This document shows, piece by piece, positions 12,522 to 22,887 of a stretch of 64,000 nucleotides of DNA. Both the position numbers and the translations under genes were made by a program. The DNA is from Takakia lepidozioides. Taxonomy: Eukaryota; Plantae; Bryophyta. Position 1 is the first letter of the stretch. Every line of letters begins with the position of its first letter. The stretch covers positions 71,982,001 to 72,046,000 of the forward strand of contig CM060732.1 of NCBI GenBank assembly GCA_030704615.1, given 5' to 3'. A model generated the notes under the pieces. The model saw only the letters and a list, made by a program, of their open reading frames with translations. It searched no databases and had not been told where the DNA came from.

Positions 12522-12809
12522 TCAATCTATAGCAACTAAAACTCTACCAGTTTCAATAATATTCCCTCCATTCTCTATCAACTCTATTCCATTGGATGAG
12601 ATCAAATACCATTGTTCATCTAATTCTCTTCTCCAGTAATCTGCTTGATACAAGGTCAATAGCTCTCGACACCATTCTTTACTCACCAACCATAAATTGA
12701 TTATCTCTCTGTCACTACATTACAGTCTTTTAAAGATATCTAACGACAGACTATTAGGTAGTCCAGTAATTAATTCTACAGGATCTACTATCCGTTCTTT
12801 TCCACACAT
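12522..12809 (-). pseudogene. LTR-embedded F-box ORF, copy 3 (one in-frame stop, later frameshift)
   Basis: Manual translation: MCGKERIVDPVELITGLPNSLSLDIFKRL*CSDREIINLWLVSKEWSRAI (stop at 12720-12722), then a shifted tail LYQADYWRRELDEQWY. Confidence 0.75.
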
Positions 12810-12825
12810 CACTATCGATCACTCT

Positions 12826-13111
12826 TCACCACCAATCTTGTTTCTTCAGTTGCTCCAGGGATTTTCCCTCATCAAAGTTATTATTCCATTCTCTCATAAA
12901 TTCAGGATAGCCTTCAAATGGTCTATACCATGTCTGCAACCAACTGTGCTTCCAATAACAACTCATGTATAGAAATGATATTTCCCTATACCATCCTCTA
13001 TTGACTAATTGTAATAAGAATACTTCTTCAAAGCTTCTGAAAGATTATTATCGGTAATCCAGTGATCAATTCTGATACTTCTTTTATTCCCTCATCATTG
13101 CTTTCTGCCAT
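12826..13111 (-). pseudogene. LTR-embedded F-box ORF, copy 2 (small deletions/frameshift)
   Basis: Manual translation: MAESNDEGIKEVSELITGLPIIIFQKL / EEVFLLQLVNRGWYREISFLYMSYWKHSWLQTWYRPFEGYPEFMREWNNNFDEGKSLEQLKKQDWW*. Confidence 0.75.
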
Positions 13112-13146
13112 GCAAATGATTTTACTTCACTGTTATATTCTTTCAA

Positions 13147-13503
13147 TTAATCCAATCGAAGACTCTCTATTTTCATTTCTTTAATCTGCTCCTTCATGAA
13201 TTTTGGATAACCATCTATCGGACAACACCACATACTGATCCATTTACGTCCCAATTGGCGATGTTTATGTAGAATTGATAATTCCTTTCTCCAGGGTTTA
13301 CTCACACTTTCTATTCGAACTAACTCTGCCTCATTGCAAGATAAACTCTTAAATATCCGTATCGATATTTCTCTGGGTAAGCCATGGATTAATTCTTGCT
13401 CAGAATCTTTATCCTCTCCATTTGTGCACATTCTCACTATCTCATATAAATATAATTCTTCAACCATTACATGCAGGATCAAATTCTCATTCCATCGTTC
13501 CAT
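13147..13503 (-). CDS. LTR-embedded small F-box protein, copy 1 (open frame; alternative start at 13431)
   Basis: ELIHGLPREISIRIFKSL...LVRIESVSKPWRKEL matches the F-box consensus (L..LP.E....IF..L......+..VSK.W+.L). Confidence 0.8.
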   Translation of the reverse strand: MERWNENLILHVMVEELYLYEIVRMCTNGEDKDSEQELIHGLPREISIRIFKSLSCNEAELVRIESVSKPWRKELSILHKHRQLGRKWISMWCCPIDGYPKFMKEQIKEMKIESLRLD

Positions 13504-14280
13504 TCTTCACACAACACAAAGTGAATTGAACTTCTTTTTTCTCCTTTTTCTCTTCTATTCATTTACAAACACAACATCACAAGAATGCAACACTTAATCT
13601 ACCATTGAAGAATAACTCTATATTCTAACTCCTACTCACCCTACTCTCCCTGGTTATGGTTCTCTGGCTCAACTGACGCCGTCTGCTTTACATGAATGCA
13701 ATATATAGCAAAGTGCTCCAACAACTTTAATAACCGCTCAACCTCTTATATCCATCCTTTATAATCATTCATCCACTTCTTCTATCATCTAGTCACAGAT
13801 AGACTATCGGTTGCATACAAGATATCGAGGAACATTGCTCTATCGCAGCAATAACCAAGGTATCGCAAAGTATATCGATGGAAAAATGCACTATTTAAAA
13901 AAAAATTGTAACTGAGTCAGAAATTTCTATTATTCTACAGTTTACTAGTGCCTCCATTCTACGCTTCGTCGCTTGGGTAGACATGTCACAGACTATTGGT
14001 TGTTCCCACTGGCTCTATGTCCAGCAACCATCCTTAATTGAATCTCGCTTACACTTTCCTTCCTATTTTTCTGCACCCCGTTTTTTGCCCAAAGCCCTTT
14101 TTGCTCGTTCCATTCTATCTTCTTCTAATTCTTGAATCATCCTCTAATCCTCACAGCCCACACAAACTTGGGGGGCTTATTTTACTATGCACAAATTGCT
14201 CAAATTCTAGCATGTCTTCGTAATACTTCCTAATTGGCATGACTCAGCATAACAGGGACCATGAATGTTTCTGGACCAAT

Positions 14281-14679
14281 AAAGTTATCCGTTAAGTCCC
14301 GCCCTCTTTGACATTCTCATCCATCCCCACATGCGGTTTTGGTGGGCAGTTTGAGCCTATCCGTCAATAAAATTGGCACGAGTTGAGTAAACTGGGCACA
14401 AGCGGAACAAAGATGTAGCAGGGCATTGTGAATGTGGGAAGGGTCAATATGATGGGAGCGTGGGCCTCGCGTCCAGCTCATCCACGTGTCCTAGGACGGG
14501 ACGCCGCACAGAGGAAGATGGGATCAAACACATTTGCGCTGGTTTTTCCTGCTATTTTGAGTTTGGCCCCCTATTTATTTCGCTTGTACTTTGTGGGCCC
14601 GCTTTATAGACGTTCACCCTCTCTTCTGACCAAACTGGCCAAACTCACCCTGCATCCCCTGGACTTAACGGATAACTTT
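14281..14679. mobile_element. 399-bp MITE, 19-bp perfect TIR, apparent 3-bp TSD AAT
   Basis: AAAGTTATCCGTTAAGTCC ... GGACTTAACGGATAACTTT; AAT at 14278-14280 and 14680-14682. Confidence 0.8.
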
Positions 14680-16504
14680 AATAGGTAAGGGAAGTTGGGA
14701 AGCAGGGGGTTCAATCCCCCATCAGTTCGGGGTTCATGTCATGCTTCCAGGGAAGAAGAAGGCCGTTGCAACTTGGCAGTTGCCCCGGGTTGATGAAAGG
14801 CGAAGCCACCCTTGTAATGCTGGGCGATTTTTGCCTTTGGGGGCAACCCACCCCATCGCTCGGGTTTTTAGTGATGTGGCCCAAAACACCCTAGCCGGAG
14901 CAGGCACATTTCCGGCAGCTGGAGGCCTACTTTGTCGTTTGCCGGAAAGTCAATTCTTTTCCCCATCCATGTATGAATCCAAATCCAAATCCAATTTTGT
15001 TTTGGCAGAGGCCTTTGCAGGGGAGTGCTGCATACATGGACCGTTGGAATTTCCTGGCAAGTCCCTATTTCAGGGCATTTGGAAGCCCTCAGTTGACCAT
15101 AGCAACTTGGAATGAATTTTACCCCCCTTGCTTCACATACAAAGCACCCCCCCCTCTAATTTTGGGGGTTCAGGCCCATTTTTGCAGGGTGTACTCCTTC
15201 AGTGGCCCTGTGTCAGAATCTGGAACCCATTCACTTACGAAAAATCTGGAAAATCCGAATTTGGCATGGTCAAACTGTGAGATGCGTCCTACCAACCTGG
15301 TAGGCATCCCACTAGATGCACGCATAATGCATACTTTCTGGGCAGCAAATAACAAAGGAAAAAATAGAGGAGTGCTTAGCTTATAGTATAAGACCCTTCT
15401 CCTGCGTAAAGAACCATGATATTTTGAGTACCTTCTGAATTATTTCGTAAGGTATTTTGCCAGCGTGGCAATGACCTTATGGGGGCCGAAAGGTACAGTG
15501 CAATCTTCTGCCCTATAAGGGCCCCATGTTTGCATGGGGCCTGTCCATTAGATGGTGGTCCATGAATTAAAAGGTGGAGGTTATAGTAAGCTACACACGG
15601 ATTTAAATTAATAACCGTCATGTAAGGGGGGTAAGAGAAAAGAAGGCAGGAAGACAATAGCTATTAAATTGGGGAGAGTTCATGCACCAAATTGGGGTGA
15701 GAAGGTGTGATGTGGTGGTTTCTAGGGGTGACATGTGTCCTAGGGCAGCCTTCTAAAAGGATCCCACCTTGATGGGTCGGCGGGCTTCTAGAAAGGTCCC
15801 ACCGCCCTGAGAGGGTATATAAAGGAGAGGCCCCTGCCTACTACTTACTAAGTTAATAAGTAGTGGGATCTACAGACGCAGGCTAAAAAAAAACGTAAAC
15901 ACGAACCATAGATATATTAATTAGTAGTAGCAGAGCCAATGACGTGCTGTAAGACCCGTTGGTTCCGGGTGTTGGCGGTGTGAGGTTGTGGATAAATCCG
16001 CCAGAGACCAATGCTAGATTTATTTAAGATTTTACATACTCGAGGGTCAATCAAGCCCATTATTGAACAACATATCAATAATAATCAAACATGGATGATA
16101 ACCTACTGTTATCAACCTGGGGCTGGGGTTTAAAAAATTCTTCAACCATTTCTTAAGAACGCCCTCTGCATGTAAAAATTTATACAAACTTATTAAAGTA
16201 ATGTGGAATACTAACTAACTAAATCAATATATTATCTAATCACTAACTAATACTAATGTACTTATTTAGGTGGCTAGAGTTGTGAAGTTAGTTAGTATTC
16301 ATAAGTATTTAAGTAGTTTATATTTTTAAGGTATGGCGTGTAAATTTGGGCAACACTCAAAGTATACTATCAATCAGCGCATGCAAGGAGGTGGCAAAAA
16401 ACAACATGTCCAGCCTCTTCATATTGATATGTGGGAAATCTAGTTTTTTTTAGCCCTCATAAATGTCAATATCAATACCACCAAAGCATTATCGTAGCAT
16501 TTGA

Positions 16505-16563
16505 GCATCATCAATATCATCTCAGCACTTAAAGGCATCATCAATATCATCTCAGCACTTAAA
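16505..16563. repeat. Short tandem duplication (30-bp unit, two copies)
   Basis: GCATCATCAATATCATCTCAGCACTTAAAG occurs twice in tandem. Confidence 0.85.
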
Positions 16564-17930
16564 GGTTATGAACCTGATATTGTCCAACAACGGACCCGCA
16601 GGTCCTATCCGGATCCACATGCCTGCATTGATACCGTCTACGTACCCATCTACCCTCCCAACACTGGCCCAGACCTTACAAGGTTGATGCTAGATTTTGT
16701 TGTGTCCTCTTGTGAAAGATTTTGTACTCTTGGCAGGCAGGCTTTGCCGAGCAAACATCCTTGTTTTGTACTAAGCCGGTAGAGGAAGGGGAATAATCCC
16801 CTCACACCGGAGTATTGGTGGAGATGCGGGGTAACTAAATATGTTAGCAGAAGAATGTCAAGTGAACCCCATAGATCCATGAAATCGGAATGCATTGGTG
16901 TGCCATGACTGAGTTTAGTATTGATTATGGGTTTCTGTAGTTGGGGGGATAAGCCTCAAAAGATCAAGAAACACAACAAATAGTTGTCAGCGGAATTGAT
17001 GAGATAAATATCCACATATATGGACATACCTTATAGCCCACTCCTCAATATTCCCATCACGAAGAAATATTTCTCTGGTATAGCCTTACCCACAACAGGA
17101 ATCTAAATACACAAACGAGAAGCACTAGTATATCCGTGTAGTATTTGTCTTAAGACAAGGCAAAGGATCAGAAACAGCTTCATCGGATATGGATTTATCA
17201 GATCTTTCTACCCATTCTTCATATAACCCTCCCAAAGAATCTGAGAAGATGGCTCCTACACTGTACAACCTTCTCACACTTCTAGGTTGTGACAGAAAAT
17301 TATATGGCTCAATAGAATTAAAAGAACCAGTTTCGTAAAAACTCACATAAAGACAACCGCAAAACATAGGTGAGAATAGAGGACATGTATGGAGCCCAAA
17401 TGGACGACAAAGATGTGGAAAACGTAGGTGATCTGCTGATTTAGTCCATATACACCTACATACGGGATTTTCTCTAATTGCCCTTACACATGAATATTGA
17501 GGGTTTTCTGCAAAGCGAAACGGTGGGATATCATCGTAAATCGCACGCTGCAAGAGAATGAGATAAAAGAGAAGGACTTTCAGACTCAAAATGTTTCTGA
17601 CACTCGTAGATAGTTCCGAGTTCCGGATATCACATCAACATCAGTCTAGAAGATGGCTCTTCCTCAACTGACGAGACAACATGCCTGCCCACTTTCTATC
17701 AAACTACCTCAGTAACAGTAAGCTTTTACTTCAATACATTTACCGAACAAAACAGAAGCTCTCCAGTATCCAAGACGCCTCATCAGGTCTTTCACCAGGA
17801 CAAGGCTGCGGCGCCTGGAGGCACTCGACATCAAACACCCTGCTGCAGACATCCCCAACAGAGCATGTTGCCATCTTACTAACCTTCAGCTAAAACCGAT
17901 TTCGATCAATCAAAATGTCACAGAAAGAAC

Positions 17931-18128
17931 TCATCTAAGGCGACGAGCCTCGCGTTCGGATTCAAGGAGGGTGAGGATATCGCCTTCCCGCACAGGGCCC
18001 TTGACGTTGCGCATAATAAGACGATTCTGGTCGTCCAAAAACTTGACCCGCACCTGCGTCACCTGCCCTCGCGAGCCGGTACGCCCGATCACCTTCATCA
18101 CTATTGCCAATTTCGCGGCTGACTCCAT
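17931..18128 (-). CDS. RPS28: 40S ribosomal protein S28 (eS28), single coding exon
   Basis: [65 protein letters not shown] (65 aa). A CAG acceptor 2 nt before the ATG suggests a 5'-UTR intron. Confidence 0.98.
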   Translation of the reverse strand: MESAAKLAIVMKVIGRTGSRGQVTQVRVKFLDDQNRLIMRNVKGPVREGDILTLLESEREARRLR

Positions 18129-18342
18129 GCCTGTTCTCCGGACAAAGATCCGCACACAGAACGACCAGGAATGACGACTCTGGTACAACCACAGAACAGG
18201 TAGAAGGCTTCTGCAATCTAGACTGAATGCTCGAGTGATCGCAAGAATGACGACTCTGGTACACCAACAAAACAGGTAGAACTGAATTCTCGAGTGCACG
18301 CAAGGATTACTGACGATGAGCAGATGTGGCCGCACTGCCATT

Positions 18343-18373
18343 GGGTTTAGGTTTTGGCGAGGCTTTAGGGTTA
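18343..18373 (-). promoter_or_regulatory. Telo-box-like motifs upstream of RPS28
   Basis: Minus strand reads TAACCCTAAA and CCTAAACCC. Telo-boxes (AAACCCTA) are typical of plant ribosomal-protein promoters; the match is imperfect. Confidence 0.45.
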
Positions 18374-18792
18374 CCAGTTCTTCATCCTTGAAACGGATGA
18401 ACGTTTCCCATCCGTGTTCTTACCTCATCCGTAGTTGGTAGTGTAGTGTGGATGAATAATTTCCATTTCAACTTTGGTTTTTACTTTTTCTTCTCTCTTT
18501 TTTAAAAAGGTCTTGTCGTTGCTCAGCTTTTCCACAAAGAAATTTTGTAGGGAAGCACCAGAGTATACTAGCTATATGGCTCAGCTTCATCTTCCTACAG
18601 CTGATCGATCGCTGGCAAGACAGGAGTTGCTAGAACATGAAATTTGAATGACTGGGGCAATTCTTCATACAGTGAGTATTGTTTGCACAAATCAGAGAGC
18701 AGTAGAACAAGAACTGTAGATCTATGAAGCCCAAACATTTGATAAGAACCTATGAAGGATACTCTGGATAGAAGAAAATCAGTAGATTTGGA

Positions 18793-21167
18793 TTAATATT
18801 GCATACTATGGTCCAGGAGATGACTAGAATTTGATTGCTCAGGTCGATTCACAAGGATCCGCACTTGATCCCCAATGGCAGCCAGCTCAGCCTCTTTCAC
18901 ATCAAGAGCACCCCTCAGCGTATCATTCTCTCCCAACAAAGTCCTAATTTCTGCATCCTGTTGACGCTTTCTAGCCTCCAAGCAAAGCACTCGGGTGTTC
19001 AGCCTGTTTTTCACGCAAGAACAATCAAAGTATAGTAACTCAGTGCATAGGTTGACAGGTCATTTGTTGTGAATCAAATATGTAATGAAGTTCATCTGAG
19101 AGTAGCAGAGCTCCAATGCAGCACAATTTCATGGCAAAGCACCCAGCTATATGTTGCAGGGAAAGAAGGACGAGGCCCAGAGAGGTGCAGGGAGCATGTA
19201 GTAAACATATAGCTCTTGCTGATCATGTTTAGGTTCATTTTTCTAACTAATGTCCTTTTGGTTGTAGAATCCACTGAGATCTAAAGGATGCACGAAGTAC
19301 CTTGAGAGGGATGCTCAGAAAGACCACAAAAGATCAAGCCTTGTCAATAAAATACACAATTTTTTTGCAGATGCTAAGATAAGCTTACCGCTCAGATAAA
19401 GTCTCAACTTCCTGGATCCGCTTTTCCATGGATCGGATGGTCTCCCGAGCCTTCACCAGGTTCTCCATACTGGATCGCAGCACCCCAAAGTCATGGCGCA
19501 CCCTTGAGAGCTCTTCCTCATTCTCAGTGGCTATCTGCCGCTGACGTGATGTCTCGTTCTCCATGGACTCCAACTTCTGCTGCATCTGCTTCAGAACACA
19601 GCTGGTTCCCGTGGCCAGTTTCTCCATGTCCTCCACACGGGTCCACATTGTGTCTATCTCTTGGGACTTTCTCCACACCTGCCAGTGATTTGCTCAGCAA
19701 GCTTCTCACTGGAATCACGCAATTCTAATGGCAAGGGGTTTAACTAGGCCCCCACTGTCTCCAGTTGACCAATCTGTTGTGGGTCTTTTTAAAAGAAGAA
19801 GATTTGGAGGGAAGTTACACACTGTAATTCCCAAAGCAAGTCGATTCCACTAAGACAAGCAATGTGGCGATCAAAGACAACAAATGAACTTGAATTCAGG
19901 TGCACACAAACAAGTGTAGCTTCTTGTAGGCAATCAGATTCCACCATGTGTGATAGAATCAACCAAGTGTTCCCTGTGCTTGAAAAACTGGCACCTGACA
20001 TAAGCAGAGGGGTTACAGAGCCAATAAATTCCTTACTTTACACATAAGATCCTCATACATATACGTGCACAATTAAAGGTCCAGAAAGCTCTTTGTGTCT
20101 CTCAAAATTTCCACAAATATTTCAGGCTCAAGCTCAACTATGAAGCAAAGGGGAACGAAAGATGTGTACCTCCTCCTGGCTGGCAATCGCCTTCTCACGC
20201 TCTGAATCCATCTTCGACTCGGCCAGAATTGCACGTTTCAGTAAAAGTTCCATCACCTCTGTAATCTGTGTTGCTGCCATGGCTATGCGTTCCACAAATA
20301 GTCCATCTTGTCTGTCAGATTGGCCCTCAAGATCGTTGTCCAGCACAGAAACAAATCCTTGTTCAGGAGTTTTTGCTCCTGAAGGAGATGCCTTCAACAA
20401 TAGGAGACTTGCATCGCCACCCCACTCAGCCATTGGGATCCCCCTTTTATCCACAAGTCCCACACCCTCTTGCTGCTTTATTCCACAGGAGGCATGGGCA
20501 AACCGCGGAATTGTCATGATCTTAGCCTTTGATTTTAAATATGCTAGCAGTGTATCCACAGTCCGTACTCTGCTGCTGAGAAGCTCCATCTCCTTCCCAC
20601 TGCACAGAAGTATAAAAATCAAATATCTATTCAACTTAGCTTGATATTTCCTGTAAACAACGAAAGGATAGAGAAAGATGTTACTTCCGGGAATGAAATG
20701 CAAAGTGTGTGGCATGTTTCCCTAAGGCTCTTTCAGATCAGAAGCAATGCAGGAGGGACAGTGTGACTGAAAATCTAGTCTAGATGTGGGGATCTCTTGT
20801 ACATGAAAATGGAAGGTGATGGGCATCTCCAGGTTCTGGCCATTTCATTCCAGAGTAAAGTTTGGGATAACAGAATTGTTCTTCTTCTGCAGCTACAGCC
20901 TAGATGGCCCCAATATGTCATAACACACTACCAAGAGCACCCTCACATGATTCCCTGCAATGTCCCAGGCAGTTACCAACAGTCTGTATTCAGTACAGAC
21001 GCTCGAAGTTCCACCACCTCCATCTCCAGCTTCTTCCTTTTGGCCACGTCCTGCTGCCATAGCTCTTCTGTCTCCCTAAGCTGTGCTCTCAGGCTCTCAA
21101 CCTCTGCCTCTGTGCCCACCAGCGCCTGCTTCTCAACTTTCCCACTTTGTGGATAAGGCAAATCCAT
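18793..21167 (-). CDS. Plant coiled-coil protein of unknown function; exons about 21167-20977, 20599-20170, 19678-19389, 19003-18793; 5' end uncertain
   Basis: GT-AG junctions join in frame. Conserved-looking block ELLSSRVRTVDTLLAYLKSKAKIMTIPRFAHASCGIK..GVGLVDKRGIP with heptad-rich flanks. Confidence 0.8.
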
Positions 21168-22887
21168 TATGGCTGATGCTATATTCGCTCCTCAGTAGGC
21201 TACATAACTAGTTGCAATCTCCGCTTTTGCATCTTCACCCTTGCTGATGTGGATGACTTGGGCTATTTTATCCTACCACCCACTGGATCAAGACAATGCA
21301 AGTCTTTGAGAAACAACCCAAATGACATAGTGAATATTCCAGCTCCAACATTTTCACACTGATGCATTTCCAACAAATTTTCCCTCGAAAAATTTCTCTC
21401 CATTGGAAATGCTTCAACCAACAAAATAAATTAATGGGGATGTTTGCTCATCAGGATTTTCAACCAGTGAGTCCCATTATGTGAATGGTCCCATCTTTTG
21501 AAATCACAGAAATGAGATAGTCTGCTGCCCTTTCATTCATTCAAATTACTAAAGGCTCTGAGTTTGCCAACAATCCCCAGGTGCATTAAACAAACATCCC
21601 TGCAACACATTGCTAGATTTCCAGTAGAAGGGTATAGGGACATCGACATTTCAGGATTTCAAACGCGTGTACATTCCAGGGGGTTTTAAAGTGTCTAACA
21701 TGCCGTACACCTCGTCGCGTGAGAGCCCATGGCTGTCAGCAAGGAGAAAGTGGCAATGCGTTGCACGGTTAGCATCCCCAATGTAGGATGTGGATATTGA
21801 AGAGGAATTGACTGACTCCTTGATTTTTTCGCTCAAGTACACATGAACCTATTTGCTTGATTTGGTGTATGAGCAATTTCCCATGAATTCTACCGAGCCT
21901 GCTTGAATGCAAGGCGCTGTGCTTCCTGGTAAATATTTTTACCATAATCCTTGCTTTTACTTGGATCATCACGCTATTCTTGAATCATCCTGACGTTGTG
22001 ACTCAGTTATATCAAGTCAAATCATGCCAGAATCCTAAAATCCGGATGTCAAACAAAATGTCAGATTTATCCAGAGTCATCCTTTGATACTAAATTCTTG
22101 TGGTGCTTTATGTGACCCCCCCGCATTCCGGAAATCTGTGAAGAAGACAAAATCCTTCGCTTAACTTTTCACAGAGTCCTGAGCGTGAGAGAGAAAGATA
22201 TGTACCATGGACTTGGAGTCATCTCTTCCAGCACACCCCCCCGCCCCTTCCCCTTCTTGGATCAAACGCCGTTGCCGTTGCCACCCATTAACATCTGACA
22301 TACCATTCTCCACCTTGGAAATTGTATAAGCAATCAATCTTCCTGCCCATTGATAGCAATCCCTAACATGTGCACAAAACCACACGACATTCCATTGCAG
22401 ACCACAACATCACAACCCCCCGCAATCCCAGTCTCTCCTCTTTCCTTCCCCCACAACCAATGCAGCAACCCAAATCTCACCGTTGAAACTCCACCTGCTC
22501 ATAACCCCTCGCTGCTCATGTCGGATCGTAACGCACGCGATTCTTGCTGCACCCATTGCACGAGATAGAATTGATTGTCTGCAATTTACTAGTCACAATT
22601 TCCGTGGCACGCCACCGCATCCATGACCGTTTGAATGTGCTGGGGGTGTGGGCATGTATGGTCATGCATTCATCTATGTGCATGCAAGTTAGCCGCGCGG
22701 TCTCCGCGTGGATTCACCGCGCGGTCCAACCGCCCCCAGGCTCTTCGGCCTCCCTTCCTGCCGCACTCTTGGAGTTTGAATTTCGAATTTCAGACTGATG
22801 AGCCTGTAGGGTTTTGAGAATCTCTCACCTCTCATGTAGTTTCTTCAGCACGGAGGCAGTGGCAATCGTTTTAGACAGCAGAAGAGG

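Larger units (their letters stand above)
5652..13939 (-). mobile_element. Decayed Ty3/gypsy LTR retrotransposon (non-chromovirus, Athila/Tat/Phygy-like PBS); 5' LTR present, RNase H, integrase and 3' LTR missing
   Basis: Minus-strand order: LTR, PBS, gag, zinc knuckles, protease, RT, then an extra ORF. Membership of the 5652-7230 part in the same element is inferred. Confidence 0.85.
12369..13939 (-). repeat. 5' LTR (1571 bp) of the gypsy element
   Basis: Perfect 10-bp terminal inverted repeat TGTAGAATAA (12369) ... TTATTCTACA (13939), directly next to the PBS. TATA-like CTATATAT on the minus strand at about 13702-13709. No second LTR copy in the window to confirm. Confidence 0.78.

Noticed and set aside
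17770-17800. CTGATGAG next to GAAA on the minus strand as a hammerhead ribozyme
   Set aside because: Order and spacing leave no room for stems I-III; it lies in the RPS28 3' region.
18129-18341. 71-aa N-terminal extension of RPS28 in the ORF track
   Set aside because: eS28 is about 65 aa, and a splice acceptor sits 2 nt before the conserved ATG.
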